Source of the DNA: Clostridia bacterium
GTDB lineage: Bacteria; Bacillota; Clostridia; Oscillospirales; CAG-272
Assembly (NCBI GenBank): GCA_017625915.1
Contig: JAGAJV010000191.1
Coordinates: 1-41,795, forward strand
Direction: 5' to 3'
Length of the DNA stretch: 41,795 nucleotides
The notes beneath the pieces were generated by a model. The model ran no database searches, was not told where the DNA came from, and worked only from the letters and a program-made list of their open reading frames with translations. Made by a program: the position numbers and the translations under genes. Position 1 is the stretch's first letter. Every line of letters begins with the position of its first letter. Below, piece after piece: positions 29,760 to 40,063 of this stretch.

Positions 29760-30487
29760 TGGAAAAAATTAGACTACAGAAGTTTTTTACTGATAACAAA
29801 ATAATGTCAAGGCGCAGTGCTGAAAGGGTCATTGAGGCTGGTAATGTTAAGATAAATGGCGTTACTGCTCATCTTGGGGACAAGGTTGACCCTGAAAATG
29901 ACAAGGTTGAATACAATGGCAAGGTGATAAAAAATAACACCTCGTCAAAAAAATATATAATGCTAAACAAGCCACTTGGCTATGTAACTACAACATCCGA
30001 TGAAAAGGGGCGCGATACTGTTCTTTCCTTAGTATCTGATGTGGGTGAGAGAGTTTATCCTGTTGGTAGGCTTGATATGTATTCAGAGGGGCTATTAATT
30101 TTAACAAATGACGGCGAGCTAACAAACAGATTAACTCACCCCAAAAACAATATGCCCAAGGTTTATAGCGTTATTATAAGGGGAGAGGTTTCTCCCGACG
30201 CTTTACATATGCTTAATTCTCCTATGGAAATTGACGGATATAAATTAAAGCCTGTCAAGGTAAGAGTTGTTTCGAATACAAACGGAAATACCAATACACT
30301 CTTTACTTTAAATGAGGGGCGAAACAGACAAATTCGTAAAATGTGCGAAAAATGCGGACTTACTATTGCAAGACTTACAAGAATTTCAATAGGCAAATTA
30401 AAGCTGGGCGAGCTTGAAAGAGGTAAATGGAGAAATCTCACTAAGAATGAGATTGATTATTTACTTGGAAAAACTGACAATATTTGA
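29759..30487 (+). CDS. rluB: rRNA pseudouridine synthase, RluB/RsuA family
   Basis: S4 domain, LNKPLGY, GRLD catalytic motif, EGRNRQIRKM. Confidence 0.9.
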   Translation: MEKIRLQKFFTDNKIMSRRSAERVIEAGNVKINGVTAHLGDKVDPENDKVEYNGKVIKNNTSSKKYIMLNKPLGYVTTTSDEKGRDTVLSLVSDVGERVYPVGRLDMYSEGLLILTNDGELTNRLTHPKNNMPKVYSVIIRGEVSPDALHMLNSPMEIDGYKLKPVKVRVVSNTNGNTNTLFTLNEGRNRQIRKMCEKCGLTIARLTRISIGKLKLGELERGKWRNLTKNEIDYLLGKTDNI

Positions 30488-30495
30488 GGTGTGAA

Positions 30496-30873
30496 ATGCT
30501 AACTGTATTACCTATTCAATCTAAGGACACACAAAAAGAGCTTTGTGAAAAATGCGGTGTAATTTACAATGAAAATGCTTTTGCATATAGGGCTGATGAT
30601 GGGGATTTTATTGGCATTTGCCAGTTTTATTTCAAGGATAATAACGGATATATCGAAAATCTTACATATGCGCCAAATGTTAGTGACTGGGAGGCTATGA
30701 TTATTATGCTTCGTGCCTCTATGAGCTTTATGTATAGGTGCGGAATAAATCTTGTATATTTAAGCAATTCCACCGATGAGGATTTACTTAAAAGGTCAGG
30801 ATTTTTAAAAAACAATGACGGTGAATATTACATTGATGTACAAAAATTTTACGGTGGCTCTTGCTGTCATTAA
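30496..30873 (+). CDS. Hypothetical protein, possibly GNAT-like fold
   Basis: RBS GAGGTG before ATG 30496; IGICQF...GYIENL...LLKRSGF weakly GNAT-like. Confidence 0.6.
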   Translation: MLTVLPIQSKDTQKELCEKCGVIYNENAFAYRADDGDFIGICQFYFKDNNGYIENLTYAPNVSDWEAMIIMLRASMSFMYRCGINLVYLSNSTDEDLLKRSGFLKNNDGEYYIDVQKFYGGSCCH

Positions 30874-30888
30874 CGAGGATTTTAACAA

Positions 30889-32526
30889 ATGGAATTACAA
30901 AATGCAATAAAGGTAAATCACAGAGGATTTTTATGTAACAGTAAAAAAAGATTTATTCTTACAGAAAATAAAAATGGCAGTCTTGACTTCTCTGTTTATT
31001 TAATTCACGATGTAAAGCACATTTGCGTTTATCGCGGTCAAATGGTTGAATACAAGGAGAACGGGCAAGCCATTTATGAGGGTGATTTTTCCTCTGTTTG
31101 TGACAATGGCGACTATTTTATTGAGGCGGGTGGATATATAAGCCGTCACTTCGTTATTTATGACGGTGCTTACGATATTTGTCAAAGAACTATGCTTCAA
31201 TATTTTACATATCAAAGGTGCGGAAATCCTCTTGGATGGGCAGGAAAATGTCACCTTGACGATGGGTATATTAAGGAAACGGGAGAGCATATTGATTTAA
31301 GCGGTGGATACCATCAATCAAGCGATTTAAGGAAATCTCCGGGTGGAGTTTCCATTGGTGTTAACGGTATGCTTCGCTTTGCTTTAAGTGATAAAAGTCA
31401 GTGGGGCGCAATTCTTGTAAAGGACGAGGTCAGGTGGGCGCTTGACTATTATTTAAAGACAATACAGAACAATGGAGTAATGTACAACACCTTAAATGAC
31501 CCATTTGGTTGGGAAGGTCGTGTTTTCTATAAATCCGGCGCACCTTCAAGCTCACAATGGAATATTACATCTATTCTTGTAATGGGATATATGTACTTTA
31601 AGGATACAGATTTTGATTACGCGAAAAAATGTCTTGATACCGCTCTACGATCATATAATTATTTGATGAGTGAGGAACGGTCAAGTGAGGTATATAAGCA
31701 TCCTGACAAATATCAAATGGGAATGGACCCTGATTTCTTTTTTGAACAATGCAGAAAAAATTCAACCTCTGATTTATGCTATCAAATTTCCGCTTCAAGT
31801 GATTTATATAAGGCGACAGGTGAGGATAAGTATTTAGAGCATATTAAAAAATGCTTGCCGTTAGTGCTTGATAAGCTATATGAATTTTCTCTTTTAAGGA
31901 CAGATGATACTGAAAAGTCGGTTATGGCATCCTGTAGCTATTGTTGGCTTATGAGTGGGCTTTTATCATTATGTGATGCTTATGAGCTTTTAGGTGATTA
32001 TTGTGACATTAAGAACAGCTTACTTAATGCTCTGAACGGTTTATGCGTTTATATGGATAAATCTATATGGAAATATGCAGAAAAGGTATATTTAAACAAG
32101 GATTTAGATGTAATTGACGGACACGAAAATAAAACACGCAGACAGTATATGCGTAACTTAAATAAGTTTGGTAATTGCTACTATAATGATGATGAGATTT
32201 TTGAGCCATCAATTGCATTATATTTCGGTTTATTTCTTGTAAGATGCGGTAAGCTGCTTAATGATAATAAATATATTGAATATGCACAGGTAATTGTGGA
32301 TAATCTTTTAGGCGTAAATGAGCTTGATTCAAGCCACATTTATGCTATTGGCTTTAATCATGCAAGGCAGCATGCATATGGGCAATTTTTTCCTTCAACT
32401 CCCTATATCCCCGGTGCTATCGGTGTTGGATACGGTACATTAGATGTTTACACAAGTGGCTCTGAATATGATATGCCTTGTGTTGGTCTTGCTATGTACT
32501 TAATTTCTGAAATTACAAACAAATAG
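30889..32526 (+). CDS. Glycoside hydrolase family 9 protein with N-terminal Ig-like module, no signal peptide
   Basis: IKVNHRGF, DFSSV...GDYFIE, YFTYQRCG, CHLDDG, DLSGGYHQSSD, EVRWALDYYLK, LLGVN, C-terminal SEYD. Confidence 0.8.
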   Translation: MELQNAIKVNHRGFLCNSKKRFILTENKNGSLDFSVYLIHDVKHICVYRGQMVEYKENGQAIYEGDFSSVCDNGDYFIEAGGYISRHFVIYDGAYDICQRTMLQYFTYQRCGNPLGWAGKCHLDDGYIKETGEHIDLSGGYHQSSDLRKSPGGVSIGVNGMLRFALSDKSQWGAILVKDEVRWALDYYLKTIQNNGVMYNTLNDPFGWEGRVFYKSGAPSSSQWNITSILVMGYMYFKDTDFDYAKKCLDTALRSYNYLMSEERSSEVYKHPDKYQMGMDPDFFFEQCRKNSTSDLCYQISASSDLYKATGEDKYLEHIKKCLPLVLDKLYEFSLLRTDDTEKSVMASCSYCWLMSGLLSLCDAYELLGDYCDIKNSLLNALNGLCVYMDKSIWKYAEKVYLNKDLDVIDGHENKTRRQYMRNLNKFGNCYYNDDEIFEPSIALYFGLFLVRCGKLLNDNKYIEYAQVIVDNLLGVNELDSSHIYAIGFNHARQHAYGQFFPSTPYIPGAIGVGYGTLDVYTSGSEYDMPCVGLAMYLISEITNK

Positions 32527-32555
32527 GTATAATTTTATTCATTGTACACATAATA
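32527..32555 (+). promoter_or_regulatory. SigG/SigF-like forespore promoter
   Basis: GTATA-17 bp-CATAATA. Confidence 0.5.
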
Positions 32556-32571
32556 ATAGCGGGTGATGAAG

Positions 32572-32715
32572 ATGAATGAAAAGAAAAAGCAAGAATTAAA
32601 GAAGAAGCTTGCAGATGTGCCTAACCCTCCTGTACCTAACAGAGCCAGAACTCCTATGTCGGTAAAAGAGGAAAATAAAGATAGTAACAATAAAGCAAAA
32701 CAACACAAGGATTAG
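32572..32715 (+). CDS. Small 47-aa hydrophilic protein (not in ORF track)
   Basis: MNEKKKQELKKKLADVPNPPVPNRARTPMSVKEENKDSNNKAKQHKD; RBS GGGTGA; candidate promoter upstream. Confidence 0.55.
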   Translation: MNEKKKQELKKKLADVPNPPVPNRARTPMSVKEENKDSNNKAKQHKD

Positions 32716-32731
32716 CCTTGCGTTGTTTTGC
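32691..32731 (-). terminator. Hairpin terminating the convergent lipoprotein gene
   Basis: GCAAAACAACGCAAGG-CTAAT-CCTTGTGTTGTTTTGC on the minus strand (one G-U pair) followed by TTTA. Confidence 0.7.
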
Positions 32732-32748
32732 ATATATTGTTTAATTTT

Positions 32749-33474
32749 TTACTCTAACACAAATAAATTAACATTACCATTAGTGTTTTTATTCCAATCT
32801 AAAAATGTAAATTGCTCTGTTTCGAAGTCATATAGATACACCGTATCAATAAAATATTCATTTCCTACCACTACATATATTTTGTCTTTATGAATTTTAA
32901 TAATTTCCAAAGTAAATCCTGCACCAAGTCGCTTTAACTCTTTAGCTTGAACGGTATTAAATATATTTGATTCATCATTTAACTCAACTTTTTTTACAGT
33001 GTTTGTTGAATTATTTTTTATATATCCATCGCTGTATATTGTATAGTTTGAGCTTTCTTTTTGTAGTAAATTATCACTATAATCATACTCTTGATTTTCG
33101 CTTAAAGAAAATAATTTTGTTCCGTTAACTGTACTATACTCAATCCACTGTTCATAAAAATTTATACTTGTTCTTTCACCTACAAAAGAAAACAGTTCCG
33201 TTGTATCTTTAGATGCAATATCGTATTTTGTAATAATAACTTTATTATTTTCAAGTGCTGAATAGTATATTTCTTGGTTTGTTACATACTCTACAAGCAT
33301 TTCTACATCGTGTTCTATCTTGTTATTGTAAAAATAAACATAATGATCATCTGAAAAAACTATATTTTGATTATGTTCAATAGTTTCTAAAAATTTTTCT
33401 ATCTGATTTGTTGTACAACTTGAAAAAGACAGTAAAACTAAAGTAATCAAAAAAACAATAAAAACCTTTTTCAT
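32749..33474 (-). CDS. Hypothetical lipoprotein
   Basis: MKKVFIVFLITLVLLSFSSC lipobox-like signal; very AT-rich; beta-rich pattern. Confidence 0.75.
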   Translation of the reverse strand: MKKVFIVFLITLVLLSFSSCTTNQIEKFLETIEHNQNIVFSDDHYVYFYNNKIEHDVEMLVEYVTNQEIYYSALENNKVIITKYDIASKDTTELFSFVGERTSINFYEQWIEYSTVNGTKLFSLSENQEYDYSDNLLQKESSNYTIYSDGYIKNNSTNTVKKVELNDESNIFNTVQAKELKRLGAGFTLEIIKIHKDKIYVVVGNEYFIDTVYLYDFETEQFTFLDWNKNTNGNVNLFVLE

Positions 33475-33506
33475 ATTTTCCACCTTTACATAAGATAAGT
33501 ATTGCT

Positions 33507-33535
33507 ATTATAGCATATTGTTTACTTATTTGCAA
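33507..33535 (-). promoter_or_regulatory. SigA promoter of the lipoprotein gene
   Basis: Minus strand TTGCAA-17 bp-TATAAT with extended TG. Confidence 0.7.
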
Positions 33536-33979
33536 GATTTCTTATATAATTTAAGCAGTCTATAAATTCCTTTTCCGTTAGAATAGTTTTTCTTTCTTCG
33601 GTATTTCCTAGGGAATGAATTAGTGCTTTATTCTCTGTTGCTTTTAGTGCTTTTATAAATTCGTCGTTTTTGGATAGTGCTATATAGGCGTTTAAAATAA
33701 GGTCTTTATAGTCTTTACTTTGACGCTAAATTTTTTTGCCTTGCTAATGAATATGCCTGTTAGCTTCCATAAAAATTTATATTTGCCCTTTTTCTTGGCT
33801 TCCTTACCGGATAATAGGCAAATTTTTTGTTGCTTTTTTATGCTTTTATATTTGAGTGATTGCAAAAAGCCTTCCATACTACCGCATATTACACCGTCGA
33901 ATGTGAATTCGTTGGGATAAAAGTTGGATAGCACATTGCTTGGATATTCGCCCTTGCTGTAAATATCAATTGTTTCCAT
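33522..33979 (-). pseudogene. NADAR-family (phage T4 gp30.3-like) pseudogene
   Basis: LSNFYPNEFTFDGVICGSMEGFLQSLKY; continues in another frame after about 33755 as IH*QGKKI*RQSKDYKDLILNAY...FIKALKATENKALIHSLG...KTILTEKEF to TAA at 33522. Confidence 0.75.
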
Positions 33980-33995
33980 AAATACTCCTTTCAAC

Positions 33996-34025
33996 ACCTC
34001 ATCCACCGCAAGCGGTCCCCCTTCC
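33996..34025 (+). repeat. GC-rich REP-like fragment
   Basis: ACCTCATCCACCGC-AA-GCGGTCCCCCTTCC, a small hairpin island in AT-rich DNA. Confidence 0.4.
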
Positions 34026-34050
34026 ATGCTGTCGATATATTTTCCTATTC

Positions 34051-34077
34051 AAAAAAGCCTTGCTGAGCAAGGCTTTT
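34051..34077 (-). terminator. groEL terminator
   Basis: AAAAGCCTTGC-TGA-GCAAGGCTTTT. Confidence 0.85.
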
Positions 34078-34083
34078 AAGATT

Positions 34084-35724
<1,641 letters not shown>

Positions 35725-36009
35725 TTACTCAACTATTGCTAAAATATCGTCTTCCTTAACGATAATATATGTTTCTTCCTCAATTTTAACCTCAGTGCCT
35801 GCATACTTTGCAACGATTACCTTATTGCCAAGCTTTACAGTCATAGGAATTAGCTTGCCGTCCTTTGTTTCACCAGGACCGATTGCTACTACCTCTGCAA
35901 ATTGCGGCTTTTCCTGTGATGCGCTTGTTAAAATAATGCCTGCCTTTGTAGTTTTTTCTGCCTCAACATTTTTGAGGACTACTCTGTTTGATAATGGTTT
36001 TATAGTCAT
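35725..36009 (-). CDS. groS: Co-chaperonin GroES
   Basis: MTIKPLSNRVV...VVAIGPG...KYAGTEVK...DILAIVE; start at 36009 after GGAGG (the track ORF is over-extended). Confidence 0.97.
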   Translation of the reverse strand: MTIKPLSNRVVLKNVEAEKTTKAGIILTSASQEKPQFAEVVAIGPGETKDGKLIPMTVKLGNKVIVAKYAGTEVKIEEETYIIVKEDDILAIVE

Positions 36010-36029
36010 TTTTATTACCTCCATAATTT

Positions 36030-36056
36030 TTAGCACTTGACGCCCAAGAGTGCTAA
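36030..36056 (-). promoter_or_regulatory. CIRCE element (HrcA operator)
   Basis: TTAGCACTC-N9-AAGTGCTAA on the minus strand, one mismatch to consensus, between promoter and groES RBS. Confidence 0.95.
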
Positions 36057-36067
36057 ATACAAGATAT

Positions 36068-36096
36068 ATTGTAGCCATAGAAACTATAAAAATCAA
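36068..36096 (-). promoter_or_regulatory. SigA promoter of groES-groEL
   Basis: TTGATT-17 bp-TACAAT just upstream of CIRCE. Confidence 0.75.
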
Positions 36097-36195
36097 GTGT
36101 CTATAATGATTGTTTACAATTTGTTAACAATTCTCATGAATTCAAGTGCTATAAGGACTTTCAAAAGAATATATATTCAAATATGAGGTGATTTT

Positions 36196-37458
36196 ATGCT
36201 TGAATATTGTAATAGATACTTATGTGGAATTATACTCCCTGCTATGCTGATTTTAGTGGGGTTATATTTTGCATTTAGGCTAAGGTGGTTTTATTTTCTA
36301 CATCCTATAAAGGCTTTTAAGAGTATGCTCAGGGGTGGTTTTAAGTCACTTTCATTAGCTCTTGCCGGAACATTAGGGGTTGGCAATATTATGGGTGTTG
36401 CTAGCGCCTTAATTTCAGGGGGAGCAGGGGCTATATTTTGGATGTGGGTGAGCGCTTTTATAGCAATGAGCTTAAAATACTGTGAGGTATGCCTTGCTAT
36501 GAGATACAGAAGAGTTAAGGCTAATGGTGAAAGCTACGGGGGTGCGCCATATTACATATATGATGGCTTAAAAAAGAAAACCAAACATAAATTAGCAAAA
36601 GCTTTTTCTATATTTTTTGCATTACTATGTGTTTTAAATTCCTTGACTACGGGAAATCTGGTGCAAATAAATGCTGTTTCTAATTTAACGAATTTTCCTA
36701 AGGTTTATGTAGGAATTATATTTTCCATACTGATTTTAGCAATTATTCTAGGCGGTTTAAAACGAATAAGCGCTTTTACATCAATTTTAATACCGATTTT
36801 AAGCGTTTTTTATGTTGTATTGTCCGTTTACATTATTTTTACTAATTTAAGCGAAATTCCGTCTGTATTTGCCTTGATTTTTAAAGAAGCTTTTAAGATC
36901 AAAAGTGCTATTTCAGGATTTTGTGGCTATGGAATTATGTTGGCTATTCGCTTTGGTATAAGCCGTGGCTTGCTTTCAAATGAGGCGGGCTGTGGCACAT
37001 CTCCCACTGCACACGCTTCGTCAAATACTAACGATGTACATTCGCAAGGATGTCTTGGAATTTTTGAGGTTTTTGTGGATACTATATTGCTATGCACATT
37101 AACGGCGATAGTCGTTTTACTCTACGGAAAAAGCAATGATAATTCCATGACGCTTGTTATAGATGCCTATGAGTCTTTTACATTTGGTGTTGGTAAATAC
37201 GGAATCATTATTTCCTCTTTGCTTTTTGCACTTGCTACTATTGCATGTCAATATTATTATGGTGTTGAATCGTTAGGATATATAACTAAAAAAAGCTTTG
37301 CAAAATCGATTTTTACTGTGATTTTTTGCGTTGTTATAATTGTCGGCGCAATAATTCCTATGACGCTTATGTGGCAAATATCTGACCTTGCACTTTGTCT
37401 TATGACTATATTTAATCTTGTTTGTCTTTTAATGCTAAGAGGTGAAATAAAAAAATAA
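36196..37458 (+). CDS. Alanine/glycine:cation symporter (AGCS) family
   Basis: LAGTLGVGNIMGVA, GGAGAIFWMW, GGAPYYI, RGLLSNEAGCG, EVFVDTILLCTLTA. Confidence 0.93.
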   Translation: MLEYCNRYLCGIILPAMLILVGLYFAFRLRWFYFLHPIKAFKSMLRGGFKSLSLALAGTLGVGNIMGVASALISGGAGAIFWMWVSAFIAMSLKYCEVCLAMRYRRVKANGESYGGAPYYIYDGLKKKTKHKLAKAFSIFFALLCVLNSLTTGNLVQINAVSNLTNFPKVYVGIIFSILILAIILGGLKRISAFTSILIPILSVFYVVLSVYIIFTNLSEIPSVFALIFKEAFKIKSAISGFCGYGIMLAIRFGISRGLLSNEAGCGTSPTAHASSNTNDVHSQGCLGIFEVFVDTILLCTLTAIVVLLYGKSNDNSMTLVIDAYESFTFGVGKYGIIISSLLFALATIACQYYYGVESLGYITKKSFAKSIFTVIFCVVIIVGAIIPMTLMWQISDLALCLMTIFNLVCLLMLRGEIKK

Positions 37459-37569
37459 CAAGTGCCAAAGGTGGCACTTGCTTCACAAGAATATTTGCTA
37501 TTTTCAACTTGTTTCTCGATAAATAGAAAACCATTCAAGCGAGTGCCAAAATATCAGCACTCGCTTTTT
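37459..37569. terminator. Two related hairpins between convergent genes
   Basis: CAAGTGCCA-AAGG-TGGCACTTG (37459-37480) and AAGCGAGTGC-N10-GCACTCGCTT (37537-37566). Confidence 0.7.
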
Positions 37570-37571
37570 GC

Positions 37572-39125
37572 TTATCTATGATTTATACCCCAAATAGCAA
37601 GATTTGTTTTTTCTTTTGGAACAATCAAGCTACCGTTGTCTATAAGCTCGTTTACTACAAAACCCATAACTCCGCTGCTATAATGTAACTGTGCGATGTT
37701 TTCACATTGGTCTTTTACAAAGCTTGGAGTAACCTTTGAAAGTTCGTTTGCAGCTTTTTCAAATATTTGCTCCATATATGATTTGGTATATTTTGAAACA
37801 GGTGCAAGAAGCTCACCAATTGCTCTGTAGTTTTCCTTGTCAAATAAATAAAAGTTTGGACATACTATTTCGTTTTCACAATATACATAGCCTTGTTCTA
37901 TCATTACAGGAAGCATTGGATTGCTTTCATCAGCTTTGTTTCCTAATATAGCATCCTTCATTACCTTGGCTCTGTCCATAAAACGAAAATGCTCATAGTT
38001 TTGTATATTTTGTGTTTTCTTATAGTTCACTGCACAAAACTCAACATCATCAACATAGCAATGTGATACTCCATTGATAGACATATTAAGATAGTCGTTA
38101 TCATATCCATACACAAAGCCACAGCCACCAAGCACTAAATCTGGATAGCTTTCGGGCATATCTGTTGCTTCAAGCAAAACCATACTGATAATGAGCCACA
38201 AAAGTCTGTTATCATCAAGGTCGTTGCCTTTAAATTTCAGTTGTCTTACCTTATTAAGCAGGGATTTTGAGCTTTCAAAAATCTCTTTTGCTGCATTTGT
38301 GTAAATACTTTTAACAGACTTTATAAAATCCTTTTCAAATGCATCTGTGATTATAACAATGTTTGTTTGATATTTTGTGCCTATTCTTTTAATAAGCTCA
38401 GCACTTTCAAGTATTTCAAGCTCTTCCTCAAGATATGGCATTGCAACGCCAAGCTCGATTGATAGCTCTTCTGCTGTAAGTGGTTTTTCATAAGCTGCAA
38501 GCATTATTGCTCCAGGCAATGAACGGTCAAATAGCTCTCTGTACTTTGGCGAAACATTACCCCAAAAATCAACACGAAAAACACCGGGATTATAGCTTTT
38601 TTCTCCTAATTTTCTTGTCATACTAACACCTTCCTTTAGTATCTTTCTTGATTTGAATAAATGATACTTTACCATTTCAACGCTCATATTTTGCTCATTT
38701 GCAATTTCTGCACAGCTCTTGTTATGAATGTAATATGAAACGGTAATTTTTCTATGCACTGAGGAAAGCAAGGATAGCTCCCTTCTTAAAAGATAGGTTT
38801 GCTCGTCCTTTTCTTCTTTCTCAATGTATTGGTCTAAAGGAGAATGATAAAAACCAACATTGTCAGTATTTTCGTTTAAATCAACTGTTTTTGATATAAT
38901 TTTATTTCTGCGAATAAATTTTCTAAAGGTATTTTCTGCAATTTTCCAAGCATATCCCCAAAACGCCTCATCGTTTTCAAGGTTTTCGGCAGAGGCAAGA
39001 ATTTCGCATATTATTTCGGAGGTTAAATCCTCTGCCGAGTCCTTATCATACAATTTATCAAAGGCATAGCCATAGAATGCAGACATATTTTTAGAAATCG
39101 ATTCTGCTACTATCTGTTGTTCCAT
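37572..39125 (-). CDS. ECF-type sigma factor fused to a long C-terminal extension with a winged helix
   Basis: Region 2 (AEDLTSEI...YAWKIAEN) and region 4 (SCAEIANEQNMSVEMVKYHLFKSRK); then PLTAEELSIELGVAMPYLEEEL HTH. Confidence 0.85.
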   Translation of the reverse strand: MEQQIVAESISKNMSAFYGYAFDKLYDKDSAEDLTSEIICEILASAENLENDEAFWGYAWKIAENTFRKFIRRNKIISKTVDLNENTDNVGFYHSPLDQYIEKEEKDEQTYLLRRELSLLSSVHRKITVSYYIHNKSCAEIANEQNMSVEMVKYHLFKSRKILKEGVSMTRKLGEKSYNPGVFRVDFWGNVSPKYRELFDRSLPGAIMLAAYEKPLTAEELSIELGVAMPYLEEELEILESAELIKRIGTKYQTNIVIITDAFEKDFIKSVKSIYTNAAKEIFESSKSLLNKVRQLKFKGNDLDDNRLLWLIISMVLLEATDMPESYPDLVLGGCGFVYGYDNDYLNMSINGVSHCYVDDVEFCAVNYKKTQNIQNYEHFRFMDRAKVMKDAILGNKADESNPMLPVMIEQGYVYCENEIVCPNFYLFDKENYRAIGELLAPVSKYTKSYMEQIFEKAANELSKVTPSFVKDQCENIAQLHYSSGVMGFVVNELIDNGSLIVPKEKTNLAIWGINHR

Positions 39126-39217
39126 ATCGTTCTCCTGTCAGTCCTTTTTGAAAGCTTTCAACCATATAGTACCATTTAGTTGGTGTCGGTTAACAAATTT
39201 TTGAAAAAATTCTATAT

Positions 39218-40063
39218 TTATTTTAAGAATGGTGTTTTTCTACAATGTATTTGGGTTGAATAACCACCCTTGTAGTAAAATTCGTGAGCCATTAAAAATA
39301 ATGAAATTACCTTGTGAGAAGGTGCTGTTGTATAAAGAATATGCTCCTCATTATCAATGCTTGTTTTTATCTCCGATATGAGCCTTAGATACATCAACTT
39401 GCTGATTACTTTATCAATGCTCGAATTGTCTATTTCGCATTTTTGGCATAAATGCTCTTTGTCAAAAACATATTCAACGCCTGCTTTTTGCACAAACAAA
39501 ACAGCTTTCATTGTACCTATATCTGCAAAGCATTCAAATATTTTTCGTACATTTTCGCCATTTTCTACTGTCTGTGCCCAACCATCCTTTGGCTCGGGAA
39601 ATACCGCAAAATATGGAGAACGACCATTTGATATTTGAGTAAAGCCGTTTTCTTTTAGGATGTATGAGTTATTATTAGTGCCTACGCCACACTTGTATAT
39701 AATGTCATTGTCATCTTCTTTTATTCCAAACGAATCCTCCTCGTGTATTCCGAATAGTGCTTCTTGCAAATGCCAACAAATGCTTCTTACAAGCTCAAAT
39801 TTATTTTCGCTTTTATCATTTCGTATAAATGTTGATACACTCCTTACGGCATCATTAAAGCAAATATTTTTGTTTTCAAACAGTATGTCAAGAGAAACGC
39901 CTAATGCATTTGCAAGTGGTACAAGTAATGAACCGTCGGGAAAATTTTCATTGCATTCCCATTTTGAAACTGCCTGTGAAGAAACATAAAGCAAATTTGC
40001 AAGTTGCTCCTGCGTTAGCTTCTTTTTTAATCTATATTTTTTAATATTTTCACCTAAGCTCAT
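39218..40063 (-). CDS. XRE-family regulator with C-terminal winged-helix-like domain
   Basis: LTQEQLANLLYVSSQAVSKWEC...PD HTH. Confidence 0.85.
   Translation of the reverse strand: MSLGENIKKYRLKKKLTQEQLANLLYVSSQAVSKWECNENFPDGSLLVPLANALGVSLDILFENKNICFNDAVRSVSTFIRNDKSENKFELVRSICWHLQEALFGIHEEDSFGIKEDDNDIIYKCGVGTNNNSYILKENGFTQISNGRSPYFAVFPEPKDGWAQTVENGENVRKIFECFADIGTMKAVLFVQKAGVEYVFDKEHLCQKCEIDNSSIDKVISKLMYLRLISEIKTSIDNEEHILYTTAPSHKVISLFLMAHEFYYKGGYSTQIHCRKTPFLK

Noticed and set aside
33726-33746. TAG readthrough or recoding in the NADAR gene
   Set aside because: A frameshift is also required, one TAG replaces an expected Trp, and TAG terminates normal genes here (sigH, rqcH, GH9).
33980-34027. 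N-terminal extension MEGGPLAVDEVLKGVF on the NADAR ORF
   Set aside because: It is translated repeat-like DNA; RBS AAAGGAG precedes ATG 33979.
36010-36096. 29-aa N-terminal extension of GroES in the ORF track
   Set aside because: It spans the promoter, CIRCE and RBS; the real start is ATG 36009.
37537-37566. GAGTGC/GCACTC hairpins as extra CIRCE elements
   Set aside because: The arms are in the opposite order to CIRCE, lack TTA/TAA ends and lie downstream of genes.
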